From the human T2T-CHM13v2.0 reference genome, Homo sapiens, in the NCBI RefSeq assembly GCF_009914755.1, contig NC_060927.1: a DNA stretch of 64,000 bases; one strand, written 5' to 3'. The position numbers and the translations under genes were made by a program. The notes under the pieces were generated by a model. The model saw only the letters and a list, made by a program, of their open reading frames with translations. It was not told the origin of the DNA and did not search any database. This document shows, piece after piece, positions 47,997 to 62,205 of the stretch (position 1 is the first letter of the stretch; every line of letters begins with the position of its first letter).

Positions 47997-50900
47997 AAAG
48001 CATCAGGTAATCTAAAAACAAAAACCTACCAGATTAACAGCAGATTTCTCAGCAGAAACTCTACAAGGTAGAAGAGATGGGGGTCCTATCTTTAGCATCC
48101 TTAAACAAAATAATTATCAGCCAAGAATTTTGTATTCATCAAAACTAAGATTCATAAATGAAGGAAAGAGAAAGTATTTTTTAGAAAAACAAATGCTGTG
48201 AGAATTTTCCAATCCCAAGCGGGCACTACAAGAACTGCTAAAAGGAACTCTCAATCTTGAAACAAAATCTTGAAGTAAACCAAAATAGAACCTCCTTAAA
48301 GCATAAATCTCACAGGTCCTATAAAACAATAACACAATGAAAAACAGCAACAACAACAACAAGGTATTCAGACAACAAATAGCATGATGAATAGAATAGC
48401 ACCTCACATCTCAATACTAATGTTGAATGTAAATGGCCTAAATGCTCCACATAAAAGATACAGAATGGCAGAATGGAAAAGAATTTACCAACCAATTGTC
48501 TTCCATCTTCAAGTGACTCACCTAACACATAAGGAGTCATATAAACTTAAGCTAAAGGGGTGGAAAAGAAATTTATGCAAATCGACACCAAAAGTGAGAA
48601 AAAAAAAAACAGACTTGAAAGCAACAACAGTTAAAAAAGACAAAGAGAGACATTATATAATGATGAAAGAACTAGTCCAGCAGAAAGATATAATAATCTT
48701 AAATATAAATGCACCTAACACTGAAGCTCCCAAATTTATAAAAGAATTACTGCTAGACCTAAGAAATGAGAAAGACAGCAGCACAATCCTGGAGGGGGAC
48801 TTCAATACTCCACTGACATCACTAGAGAGGTCATCAAGACAGAAAGTCAACAAAGAAACAATGGGCTTAATCTATACCCTAGAACAAATGCATTTAACAG
48901 ATATTTACAGAACATTCTACTCAACAATTGCAGAATCTACGTTCTATTCATCAGCACATGCAGCATTCTCCAAGATAGATCATATAATAGTCCACAAAAC
49001 AAATGTCAACAAATTTAAGAAAATTGAAATTATAGCAAGTACTCTCTCAGCCCACCATGGAATAAAATTGGAAACCAACTCCAAAAGAAATTCTCAAAAC
49101 CATACAAATATATGGAAATTAAATAATCTCCTACTCCTGAATGATCTTTGGGTCCACAATGAAATCAAGATGGAAATTTAAAAATTCTCTGAACTGAACA
49201 ATAATAGTGACATAAGTTATCAAAAGCTCTGGGATACAGCCAAAGTGGTGCTAAGAGGAAAGTTCATAGCATTAAATGCCTACATCAAAAAGTCTGAAAG
49301 AGCACAGATAAACAACCTAAGGTCACATCTCAAGGAACTAGAGAAACAAGAACAAACCAAACTCAAACCTAGCAGAAGAAAAGAAATACCAAAGATCAGA
49401 GCAGAACTAAACAAAATTGGAACAAAAATTACAAAAGATAAATAAAACAAAAGGCTAGTTCTTTGAAATGAAATGAAATGAAGTTGATAGATCATTAGTG
49501 AGATTAACAAAGAAATGAAGAAAGAAGATCCAAATAAACTTAATTAAAAATGAAATGGGAATTATTACAACTGATACCATAGAAATATGAAAGATCATTC
49601 AAGGCTACTATGAACAACTTTATGCACAAACTGAAAAAGCTGAGGAGATAGATAAATTACTGGATATATACAACTATGCACATAGATTAAACCGGAGAGA
49701 AATAGAAACTCTGAACAGATCAATAACAAGCAGCAAGATTGAAAGGGTAATAAAAAAAATTGCCAACAAAATTCATGTCCAGTACCAGATAGATTCACAT
49801 CTGAATTCTATCAGACATTTAAAGAAGAATTGGTACCAATCCTACTGAAAATAGTCAAAAATACAGAGAAAGAGGGAATCCTCCCAAAATCATTCTATGA
49901 AGCCAGTATCACCCCATTACCAAAACCAAGAAAGGACATAACAACAACAACAAAAAACTACAGACCAATATTCCTCATGAAGATACATGCAAAAATCCTC
50001 AACAAAATATTAGCTAACCGAATCTAACAGTATTTTGAAAAGATAATCTATCATGATCAAGTGTATGCAGGGATGCAGGGATAGTTTAACATAAGCAAGT
50101 CAATAAATGTGATACATCACATAAAATTAAAAACAAAAATCATATGATCATATCAATAGATGCAGAAAAAGCATTTGACAGAATCTAGCATCGCTTTATG
50201 ATTAAAACCCTCAGCAAAATTGGCATAAAAAAGACATATCATAAGGTAATAAAAGCCATCTATGTCAAACCTACAGCCAACATTATACTGAGTGGGGAAA
50301 AGTTGAAAGCATTCCCTCTAAGAACTGGAACAAGAGAAGGATGCCCTCTTTCACCACTCCTATTCAACATAATACTGGAAGTCCTAGCCAGAGCCATCAG
50401 ATAAGAGAAAGAAATGAAGGGTATCCAAATCAGTAAAGACGAAGTCAAACTGTCTCTGTTCCCCAATGATATAATCATGTATCTAGAAAACTCTAAAGAC
50501 TCATCATAAAAGCTTCTAGATCTGATAAATGAATTCGGTAATGTTTTAGAATACAAAATTAATGTATACAAGTCAGTAACACTGCTATACACCAACAGTG
50601 ACCAAGGTGAGAATCAAATCAAGAACTCCATACCTTTTATAATAGCTGCACAAAATAAAATAAAATAAAATACTTAGGAATACATCTAACCAAAAAATGA
50701 AAGAACTCTACAAGGAAAACCACAAAACACTGCTAAAAGAAATCATAGACAACACAAACAAATGGAACCACATCCCATGCTCATGGATGGGTACAATCAA
50801 TATTGTGAAAATGACCATACTGCCAAATGCACTCTACAAATTCAATGCAATTCTCACCAAAATACCATCATCTTTCTTCACATAACTAGAAAAAACAATC

Positions 50901-51281
50901 CAAAATTTGCATGGAACCATAAAAGAGCTCACATAACTAAACAAAAAGAACAAATCTGGAAGCATCACATTACCTGACTTCAAACTACACTACAAGGCTA
51001 TAGTCACCAAAATGACATTGTACTGGTATAAAAATAGGCACATAGACCAACGGAACAAAATAGAGAACCCAGAAATAAACCCAAATACTTACAACCAACT
51101 GATCTTTGACAAAGTAAACAAAAACATAAAGTGAGGAAAGGACACCATTCAACAAATAGCGTTGGAATAATTGGCATGCCACATGTAGAATAAAACTGGA
51201 TCCTCATCTCTCACCTTATACGAAAATCTACTCAAAATGAATCGAAACCTAAATCTAAATGACAAAACCGTAAAAATTCTA

Positions 51282-51589
<308 letters not shown>

Positions 51590-52327
51590 CTAGAAGATAA
51601 TATTGGAAAAACTCTTCTGGACATTGGCTTAGGCAGAGACTTCATGACTAACAACCCAAATGCAAATGCAACAAAAATAAATAAATATATGGGACCTAAT
51701 TAAACTAAAAAGCTTCTGCCCAGCTAAAGAAATAATCAGCAGAGTAAACAGACTACCCATATAGTGGGAGAAAATTTTTTGCAAACTATGCATCCGATAA
51801 AGGACTAATATCCAGAATCTACACGGAACTCAAACAAATCAGGAAGAAAAAACAAACAATCCCATCAAAAAGTGGGCTAAGGACATGAATAGACAATTCT
51901 CAAAAGAAGATACAAATGGCCAACAAACATGAAAAAATGCTCAACACCACTAATTATGAGAGAAATGCAAATCAAAACATAGTGTGATACCACCTTACTC
52001 CTGCAAGAATGGTCATAATTAAAAAAATAAAAAAATAACAGATATTTGTGTGAGTGTGGTGAAAAGGGAACACTTAACACTTTTACACTGCTGGTGGGAA
52101 TTTAACTAGTACAACTATGGAAAACAATGTGGAGATTCCTTAAAGAACTAAAAGCAGATCTACCATTTGATCGAGCAATCCCACTACTGGGTATCTACCC
52201 AGAGGAAAATAAGTTATTATATGAAAAAGACACTTGCACACGCATGTTTATAGGGCACGATTCACAATTGCAAAAATATGGAACCAGCCCAAACGCCCAT
52301 CAATCAACAAGTGGATTAAGAAAATGT

Positions 52328-52437
52328 TACATATATATATATATATATATAAAACATTTATATATATGTAACCTTTATATATAACATTTATATATGTAAC
52401 ATTTATATATAGACACATTTATGTATATACACCTATG

Positions 52438-52469
<32 letters not shown>
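52328..52469. repeat. (TA)n, (ACATTTATATAT)n and (CA)n expansion inside the L1PB 3' end
   Basis: Directly visible. Confidence 0.9.
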
Positions 52470-52470
<1 letters not shown>

Positions 52471-52945
52471 TCCTGATTGAAGCAACTCAGGAATGAAAAA
52501 CCAAACATCTTATGTTCTCATTTATTAGTGGGAGCTAAACTATGAGGATGCAAAGGCATAAGAATGATCCAATGGATTTTGGGGACTTGGGGGAAAGGGT
52601 GGGAGTGAGGTGAGGGATAAAAGAATACACATTGGGTACAGTGTACCCTTCTTGGGTGATGGGTGCACCAAAATCTCAGAAATCACCACCAAAGAAATTA
52701 TCCATGTAACCAAACACCACTGGTTCCCCAAAAATTATTGGAAAAAAAAACCTAGCAATATGAATCCAGCAACACATCAAAAAGGTAATTCACCATGATC
52801 AAGTAGGCTTCATTCTTGGAATGAAAACTTGGTTAACATACACAAATAAATAAATGTGATTCTCCACATAAACAAAATTAAAAACAAAAAGCATATGATC
52901 ATCTCAATAGGCAAAGGAAAAGCTTTCAATAAAATCCAACCTCCC

Positions 52946-53233
<288 letters not shown>

Positions 53234-53655
53234 AAAATCCAATATCCCTTTGTGATAAAAATCCTCAAGAAACTAGGCACCAAAAGAACACATCTCAAAA
53301 TAATAAAAGCCCTCTATGGCAAATTCATGGCCAACGTCATACTGAATGGGCAAAAATTGGAAGCATTTTTCCTTAAGAACTAGAAAAAGACAAGGATGCC
53401 CATTCTTACCACTCCTATTCAAATATTACTAGAAGTCCTGGCCGGAGCAATCAGGCAAGAGAAAGAAATAAAAGGCACCCAAATAAGAAAAGAAGAAATC
53501 AAACTATCTCTCTTCATGAACAATATGATTTTATACCTAGAAAATCCTGAAGACGTCACCAAAAGGCTCCTGGAACTAATAATCAACTGAAGTTGATGAT
53601 CAAGTGAAGTTTCAGGATACAAAAACAATGTACAAAAATTGGTAGCATTTCAATA

Positions 53656-54400
53656 CATTATGGAAGCAGTACAGCTGTTCCTCAAAAAATTAAAAATAGA
53701 ACTACCATTTTATACAGTCATTTCACCTCTGGATATGTATCCAAAGGAAAGGAAATCAGTATGTCAGAGAGGTATTTGCACTCTCATGTTTATTGCGGCT
53801 TCACTCACAATAGTCAAGATATGGAATCAACCTAAGCATCCATCGATGGATGAATACATAAAGAAATGTGATAGACACATATGTTAACACAAAATGGAGT
53901 ACTATTCAGCCTTATATATTAAAAAAAGAAAATTATATCATTTGTAATAACAAGAATAAACCTGAAGGACATTATGCTGAGTGTAACAAGCCAGGCACAG
54001 AAAAACAAATGCTACACAATGTTATTTACATGTGGAATCTAAAAAAGTTGAACTCATAGAAGCAGAGTAGAATGGTGGTTCCTGGGGGCTGGGAGGCAGG
54101 GGTAGAAGGGTGTTGAGAGCATGGGAATATATTAGTCAAAGGATACAAGTTTCAGTTAGGAAAAATAAGTTCCAGAGACCTACGGGACAGCATGGTGATT
54201 ACAGTAAATAATAATGTTTTATATACCTGAAAATTACTGAGAGTAGATTTTAAATGTTCTTATCACAAAAAAATAAGTATGTGAGGTGACAGATAGATAG
54301 CTTGATTCAATAATTTTACAGCGTATACATTTTCCAACATCACATTGTACATCATAAAATATACAACTTTATTTTTACTTAAATATAAATAAAAATAACA
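53656..54400 (+). mobile_element. L1MA-type 3' end
   Basis: GGAATCTAAAAAAGTTGAACTCATAGAAGCAGAG...GAGAGTAGATTTTAAATGTTCT...AAGTATGTGAGGTGA...CATCACATTGTAC. Confidence 0.8.
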
Positions 54401-54529
54401 TAAAACAGAGACATATAAATTGAATATTTAGCCAAAAAAAAAAAAAAACCCAGAAATTTAGAGAAGGCAATCATTTAGAATTAACCATTGGCTGGATCAC
54501 ATGATATTACAGCTAGTAGAAAAATTAGA

Positions 54530-54675
54530 AATTATTGAATCCAACCTTATTTTATATGACTGAGATGAGTGAGATCCAGAGAGAGCAAAGGGCTTGCCCA
54601 GAGAAATACACTTCTTTGTGGAGCCAAACTATAATACTGAGTTTCTGACTCCTGAGTCAGTATTTTTATACCACA
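54530..54675 (-). mobile_element. MIR fragment
   Basis: GAGATCCAGAGAGAGCAAAGGGCTTGCCCA...TTTCTGACTCCTGAGTCAGT. Confidence 0.5.
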
Positions 54676-54949
54676 TTATTGTCTCAACAGATATCTCCCC
54701 AAAATATACTTTCAATGTGTACAGATACATCCACTATTTAAGTATGTATAATAATATGGCTACAGGACAAAATCCACATGTAGAATACACTACAAAAGCC
54801 AGTTTTCTTCTTCATTTTTCCCACTCCATTACTCATACTAATACTCATATTGTTTACTCATCTGCCTAACTTATATTTTTACTCATTTCCTCTAAGAATT
54901 CCTGCGTCTTACTACTATTTTTAAACCAATTATCAAAAAGCATGCATAA

Positions 54950-55790
54950 AAGTTACGAAAACCTAACTTAGGAACATTAAAAAATATTCAAATAAATGGA
55001 AAGGTTTTTCTTGGCTTTTATTAGGATTCAATATTACATATATGGTAGTTCTTAAATTAATAGTGGAAAATTTTGGTGAAGAAAAAATAATATTAAGATA
55101 AACAGGCCTTTCCTATTAATATTTAAAATATATTTCAAAACTGAAATAATTAAAGCTCTGTGGCACTAGCATAAAAATAGACATAAAACAAATTCATGTT
55201 TAATTCTTTTTGCAGACATATGTTTTCACTTCTGTTGTATAAAATCCTTATAAACAGAGTTACTAGTTCACATGGTAATTATATGTTTAACTCAACTAGA
55301 AACTGCCAAAATGTTTTCTAAAGTGTACTATTTTTGATTCCCATCAACAGCATGTATGTCCAGTTGTTTCATATTCATTTAGTCAACAATTGGGATAGTG
55401 TGTGTGTCTCTGTGTGTGTGTGTGTGTGTGTGTGTGTCTGTGTGTACTAGCTTTATAATGGTTGTCTATGGGGTATCTTACTGTGGCTTTAATTTGTCTT
55501 TCCATGATGATTAATTATGTTGATTGAGCATCTCTTCAGATGTTTATTGATGACTCATGTTTCTTCCAATCTATGGTTACAGAAAGAAGACTGGCAGTTA
55601 CTTGGGGGCTGGTGATGAGAGTTTGAATCCAAAGCGACATGAGGAATCTGTTTGAGTTGATGGAAATGTTCAACATCTCAACTGTAGTGGAAATTATTCA
55701 TGTGTATATATTAGTCAAACTTTACCAAACCATACACTTAAGATGAGTACATATTACTTTAAATAAATTATACCTAAAAGCTTTTTTTTA
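54950..55790. mobile_element. Mosaic of old L1M fragments in both orientations, including (TG)n at about 55399-55445
   Basis: GTGGCACTAGCATAAAAATAGACATA (+); GGTAATTATATGTTTAAC...AAACTGCCAAA (-); TGATGGAAATGTTC...AAATTATACCT (+, L1ME-like 3' end). Confidence 0.55.
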
Positions 55791-56009
55791 AAAAAAGGAA
55801 ATGAAATATGAAAAAATACATTTATAAGTGAATTTGATTAGGATGCGACACTTCCTATTCCAATGTTAAGATTTCTTAAACGTAGATAAAATATATATTG
55901 ACTTATTTAATGGGGTAGACTATAAATCAAGATTCTTTAGGTGTGATTGTATTCAAAATAATGTCCTCTGTTAGAATAACATAGACCTACTTAATATATA
56001 ATTATTAGA

Positions 56010-56985
56010 CAGCTTTTATTGATATATAATATACATAGTATACATTTCATTCCTCAAAGTGGACAGTTCAATGATTTTTTGTATAGTCACAGAGTTGTAC
56101 AACTCTCACCACAATCTAAATTTTGAATACTTTGTACCCCTTAAACAAAACCCCAAGCCCGTTAGTATTCACTCCTCATTCACTTCCCCACCTCCATCCC
56201 TAGACAAACACTAATTTTTTTTTCGTTATAGATTGCCTAAACATTTCATGTAAAAACATTTCATATAAAAGACAATCTATGGTCTTTTATAACTGGATTT
56301 CACACAGCATAATGTTTTCAAGATTCATCCATAATCTAGACTGTATTTGTATTTATTTTTATGGCCAAAAAATATTCCATTGTATGTATATACCATATTT
56401 CATTAATCCATTCATTAAATGACGCACATTTGGGTTGTTTCCACATTTTGGCTACTATGAATAATGCTGCTGTATTATTCTGCTTAGGCTGCCATAACAA
56501 AATACTACAGATTAGTTGGCTTAAACAATGTAAATTTATTTTTCACAGTTCTGGATGCTGGGAAGTCCAAGATGAAGGTATTTGCTGATTTGGTTTCTTC
56601 TGTGGGCTTTCTTCCTTTTTGCAGATGGCCACTCTCTTGCTGTGTCCTCACATAGCAAAGAGAGAGTGAGTTCTAGTGTCTCTTCCTCTTCTCATACGGG
56701 CACCAGACCTGTTATATTAAGGCCCCACCCTTAGACTTTAGTAAACCTTAATTACCTCCTTAAAGGACCTAGCTCAAAATATAATGATATTGGAGGTTGT
56801 TTAAGACTTCAACATATAACATTATTTGGAGAGAGGGACATAGTTCCTTATAGCAGCTGCTGTGAACATTCATGTAAAAATCTGGGAGGGAAGTATATTT
56901 TTATTTCTCTTGGATAAATACATAGGAGTGGAATTACCAGATTATATGGTAACTCTATGTTTAACTTTTGAGGAATGGTCAAACT
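56010..56985 (-). mobile_element. L1MB-like 3' fragment split by an MLT1 LTR
   Basis: TCACAGAGTTGTACAAC...TTTGGCTACTATGAATAATGCTGC, then the LTR, then TGTGAACATTCATGTA...GGTAACTCTATGTTTAACTTTTGAGGAA. Confidence 0.8.
56471..56855 (-). mobile_element. Solo MLT1A/B-like LTR
   Basis: GGCTGCCATAACAAAATACTACAGA...CACAGTTCTGGATGCTGGGAAGTCCAAGAT. Perfect 5-bp TSD GCTGC (56466-56470 / 56856-56860). Confidence 0.9.
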
Positions 56986-56989
56986 ACTA

Positions 56990-58969
56990 GAAAAAGCCTA
57001 GATTGTCATGAAGGAAAGTTAAGGATGATTCTGGGGAGGGCTCAGAAGAGACAAGCTGTAGGGGAAGCCTTAATCTTCTTGGAGATTACTTAAGTGATCA
57101 TGATAAGAATGTTGGTAGAAATGTGAAAGGTAAAAGCAATTCTGATGAGGTCTTAGATGGAAATGATGAAAAATATATTGGAAGCTGAAGGAAAAGCCAT
57201 TCTTGTTATAAAGTTGCAAAAAACTTGACTGAATTGTGTCTGTACCCTAGTGCTTTGTGGAGGGCAAAACTTACAAGTGATATACTAGGATAGCTGGTGG
57301 AAGAAATCTCTAAGCAAAATTTTCAGAGTGTAGCATGGCTTCTCTTGACTGCTTATAATAAAATCCAAGGAGAGGAAAATCAATGAAAGATGGAGTTTAA
57401 AAGAGAAGCAGAACTTAAAAATTTGGAAAATTTTCAGTGTTTCCATGTAAAAAATAAAAGCTGTGTTTGGGAGAGGGTGTAGCCCAAGAGTGTAGCCACA
57501 CGAATATTTGATAAGGAGGTTAGTATGGATATAAGGAAGCCAGATGCTATTCCTTAATCAAAACAAGGAAAGAATGACCTCAAAGGCATTTTGGATATCT
57601 TCAAGGCTGCCACTTCCAAAACAAGCTCAGGGTACCAGGGCCTTGAGGGTAAAAGGGTTTCAAAGGAGGGTCCTCCTGGAACACTGGGGCTTGCTGTCCA
57701 GCACCACCTCAGGGCTCTGCCCCTGTATCCCTGTGCAGTTCTCCTTGGCTGCCCCAGCTGTGGTTCAAGGGAGTCCCAGTTTGGCTCAGGTAGTCTTTTT
57801 GGGAAGGCACAAATGGTAAAGTTTAGTGGTGTCTCTTCAATGTCAACTCCAGGCATATAGAATGCAAGAGCTGTGCAGTCACTACAGAGAGCCCCCACAG
57901 GGTCATGCCTAGTGGAGTGATGGGAGTGGAGCCACCAGAGACAGTCCCCACTAGGCCAATAGCCAGAAAGCTGTGGGCTTGGGGCCACCAGAGAGAGCCC
58001 TCACTGTCTGTGCAAATGAAGCCACCTCCAAGATGCCAGATTGTAAAGCCAACAATGTGTGATTCCAGCCTAAGAGAAAAGTAAGCATCTGATCTCAACA
58101 CCTCATAGCTGGGGTGTGGGTTGCACTCAGTGAAGCTGTGAGGGTGGGGTCACCCTAATCCTTGGCCCCCTGTCTCAGCATGTCCAGAAGGCAGAATATG
58201 GAGTCAAGAAGGATTATTCCCAAACTTCAAGTTTTAATATTGTTTGTCTTGTTGGTTTTGGATTTGCTTGGGACTTCTTTCTTCTTGCCTATTTCTCCCT
58301 CTTGAAATGGAAATGTATATTATGTGCCAGTCCCATCTTTGTATTTTGAAAGTGTGTAACTTGTTTACTTTCACAGGCTCATAGTTGGAAGGGAATTTGC
58401 CTCTGGGTCAAATACGTCTTTGGGTCTCACCCATATTTCATTTAGATGACACCCTGGATTGTAGACTTCTGAATTGGGGCTGGAACAAGTTAACACATTC
58501 AATATGAAATGAATGCATTTTGCACATGAAAAGAACATGAATTTTGGAAGGCCAGGAGTAGAAATGCTATGGTTTGAATGTATATGACCCTCCAAACTTT
58601 ACATGTTTGAACTAAAACAAGTAGGTGATAGTGCTAAGAGGAGGGGATTTGGGGAGGTAATTAGGCCATGACGACTCTGCCCTTACAAATGGAATTATAT
58701 TATTGATTTATAAAAAAGATTGAAGAGAGAAAGCTAATCCATCTCTTCCGCCATGTGAAGACAGCTTTCATCCCTTCCACCTTTTCCACCCTGTGAGGAT
58801 GCCACTAGAAAACATCATCTGTGGAACAGACCCTCACCACACACTGAATATACCAGTGTCTTGATCTTGGACTTTTTAGACTCCAAAACTATAAGGAAAT
58901 CAATTTATATCATTTGTAAACTACTCAATCTAAGATATTTTGTTATAAAAGCAGGAGTGGACTAAGACA
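56990..58969 (+). mobile_element. MaLR (MST/MLT1A-type) internal region plus 3' LTR (58565-58969); 5' LTR missing
   Basis: The internal sequence is homologous to the THE1 internal region in this window (GAGGGCTCAGAAGAG, GATGGAAATGA, GAAGAAATCTCTAAGCA). LTR reads TGCTATGGTTTGAATG...GGACTAAGACA. Confidence 0.85.
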
Positions 58970-58974
58970 GTCTA

Positions 58975-59920
58975 TCTAAAATTTATCCATTTTGTTCATC
59001 TTTTTTAAAGAACAAGGTTTTGGGGGTCTATTTTTCTCTATTGTTTTTCTATTCTAAATTTTATTAATTTCAATTAATTTTTAAGTCTTATTTCTCTGAG
59101 GACCTGGTAATTTTGTTCTTTTTTTGTTTCTGTTTCATGACTTACCTAAACTGTTTTTTGAAGTCTATTTTTTCCATAGTTCTTCTTTGATGGTGCACCT
59201 TTAAGCGCGCAATCACCCTGGATGACAATGTTGTTAGCAAGTGTCTCTTCAACTGTTGCTTTTCCTGATCTTTGTTAAGTTATCTGCCTGGTTTGGCATC
59301 ACACTCAGCTATGTGGCTCCACTAATGGGCAATGATTTGCTCTACTGTTTTTGATAATGCCCAGGGACATAAATTATTTCACAGTCTGATCCAATTAAAT
59401 GCAGGCCTTGTTGCAGAGGTAGTTTTACAGGCCAGTCTTTGGGATTTGTTCTGACCCCTGTAGGGCTCTTTTTTTCTATTTTTTTTTTTTTCTGGTAAAT
59501 CTCCTAGCATATAGTTTAATTTGTTGCTCTTATAGAGCTATCAGCCTTTTTAAAAGATTGTTTACTACCAAAATCTTCATATTTTTGAAAGTGCCCTTGG
59601 GCTTGAATTTCTCCACAGTTTCAAATGTAGTCAATTTTTTTTGAGAAAGCTTTGGAGCTCTCTCTTTGCAGAAGTGTTTCTCCCACTGCCCAAAATCTCT
59701 GAGCCATGGCGTCAGAGATTAGGGTGAAAGTCACACCTTTGTTTACAAGCATGGCAGAAAATACGGGTGGTAGCCTCTTGTCTTCTCACCTTACTTTCTC
59801 TAGCACTGACCCTCTGCTCTACCAGTGAGCTAGTGTGAGAGTGATAAGGAACTCAGTATTCCTGGCCTGCCTAATGGAAATAGGGACTCCATTCTATGAA
59901 TGGTGTTGGGGTGGAAGAAG
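58975..59920 (-). mobile_element. Old L1M fragment(s)
   Basis: T-rich, with TTTAAAGAACAAGGTTTTGG...TTCTATTCTAAATTTTATTAATTTC. The remainder resembles an old L1 5' region. Confidence 0.4.
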
Positions 59921-60509
59921 TTTTAAGTTTACAAGAATTGCCAAACTTAGTAAAAACCTTGCCAGATCAGTGTTGTTGTAATAATTATTTGTTTCCTAAT
60001 AAAATCTAGTTAATTGTTATCTATCTGGTTATTTCCATTTCTTACAGTATGAGAATTACTAATCAGGCATGTTTCACTTACTGATGTTGCTGTGATATTT
60101 AATTTAGTAATTTTTCCAAGGCCATAAACTAATTTAGACATTCTTTACCCTTTTCAAAACTATAACTGATATTCCTGAGTCTAGTAATTTAAGTTGGGAG
60201 AGGCACATAGACTGGTATATAGGGTGAAAGAAAGGATATTAAGAAATTAGTCTTCTTAATATGCTATAATTGTTCAGATAATTCTATAATGTGTGTTTCA
60301 ATGTGTGGGTTATTGTCTGCATGTTTAAAAAGAACAGAAGATCTTAAATATTACTCAGTTCAATATGTTTTTGTAGAATTCTGAGATAAATGTAAAAATT
60401 AAGCTGAAGCAAAGAAATTCCTCTTCAAGAGACTGATAAACAGTGCCTGTTTTGACTAATATCAGAATGTTATCTTCATTTTTCTGGTCTCTCATATAAG
60501 AAATTGGAA

Positions 60510-61130
60510 AATAATAAGGACACATTTCTTCCTGCTTTCACTCTCATTGTTCACATATCAAATCCATGTCAAAATCCTAATCATTACAACATACAGTAAA
60601 AATCTTTGGACTTTCGTTAATTTATATATTTTATGTAAATCATTCTGGTGCAAGCCACCATTATCTCCCACCTGAATTTGTGCAATAACCTCCTAACTCC
60701 TCCTCACCTCTCATCGTTTTTAATTTTATCCTTCTCAAAATTCTTCTCTATATAGTGTTAGACTTTTTAGTCACAAATCTGATAAAAAGAGCCACCTGAT
60801 GAAACTCTTCAATGGCATTTTATTTGAGGTAAAATTTCTTATCTTCATTCTGCTCTACAACAGTCTGTATAATCTGACCTGCACGTGTTTCTTCAGCATC
60901 CTCTTGTACCCTCCTCTAACCAGATGCTTACCACCTCAGGGTTCTTTTTCATGCTGGGCTGGTTGCCAAGGTGGCATTGTTTTCCACTCTTCGCCTCACT
61001 TTTCATTTAACTTAAATTAAATGTCCTTTCCTTAAAGAAACTTCACTGACCCTCCCAATCTAAATCTGACACTACTCTGACAATCTCAAATATATTAACT
61101 TCATATTATTTGCCACTGTTTAGCCTGTTT
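60510..61130 (+). mobile_element. L2 fragment
   Basis: CAAGCCACCATTATCTCCCACCTG...CAATAACCTCCTAACT...AAATGTCCTTTCCTTAAAGAAACTTCACTGACC. Confidence 0.7.
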
Positions 61131-62123
61131 GTGTGATCAAAACATCATAATATTCAATAACACGCCCAGGAATTTCAAGCTTGCTTAGCTCCTCTCTGCA
61201 AACTTAATCCCCCCAAAACACACCCTACCAGTCTAGGTACAGTTTTTGAAGGATCCACATTTTGGTCTACAGAATTCCCAAAGTATAAGGGAAAGGTATC
61301 CACAAGTGATGGATAGGAAGTAGCAAAGGGAAGTCTTGTAATCCAACTGCTCATTTTCTTCTGCATGATAATTAATCTCAAAGGCCCAGATATAGATGAA
61401 GTCAAGTTTCCCTCCATCCCACAGATGAAACTGAAGGATTACCTCATCATATAACTCCATTCAGGTGATAGCAGATAATCACTTGTAAAAGAGATGCTGA
61501 GTACATTGATCCAGCAAAGTGCCCGAGACACTCCTGGGTCCAATCTCTGACACTTCCTTAGTGCTTGTCTCATCTCTGGCAACCAGAGTTGTAGCTACTT
61601 ACTCCTCCTTACTTACCATACACTGAATTATTGATCAAACTTAATTTTGAACTATTCTCTGTCTAAATTAATTTGTATGTGTATACAAAACTTTATTTCA
61701 TATAAATATATTAATTTACCCAAAATTCATATTACAAGTAACTTGCTTAACTCTCTTACAAGACAAAACATTTCTTCAAGTCACATTATTCATTCAATTA
61801 AATGTATCATACATATTCTTGTCTCTGAGCCCATTAACCTTATTATAATCTGTTTTTCTGTTTTCTCTGTGTATATGAGCGCAAACATCTTCCCAGGGCT
61901 TAGATCCAATTCTTAACGCTTTGAATGACTTCTTTCTATGTATATTATTTTCTACTACCCAACCCGTTATGAAATTTTATATTGCATTTTATGTTATTTA
62001 CTTGGTATCTGTGCCTTCTTGTTCTGTTAATCTTTTTTATATATGTGTCTTTTCTATCCAAGGGAAAGTTCTACATTTTTACTGCTGAGGAGTAGAAAAG
62101 TGTTTTTGTATTCCTAGAAGATT

Positions 62124-62124
62124 T

Positions 62125-62159
<35 letters not shown>

Positions 62160-62205
62160 CTGTGTGTGTGTGTATGTGTGTGTGTGTATGTGTATATATA
62201 TAGAT
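62124..62205. repeat. (TA)n(TG)n compound microsatellite
   Basis: Directly visible. Confidence 0.9.

Noticed and set aside
48384-49181. 265-aa ORF covering the L1 endonuclease domain as a possible domesticated nuclease
   Set aside because: Catalytic motifs are damaged (LQETH to LQVTH, SDH to SAH) and an internal deletion removes the GVAILI strand.
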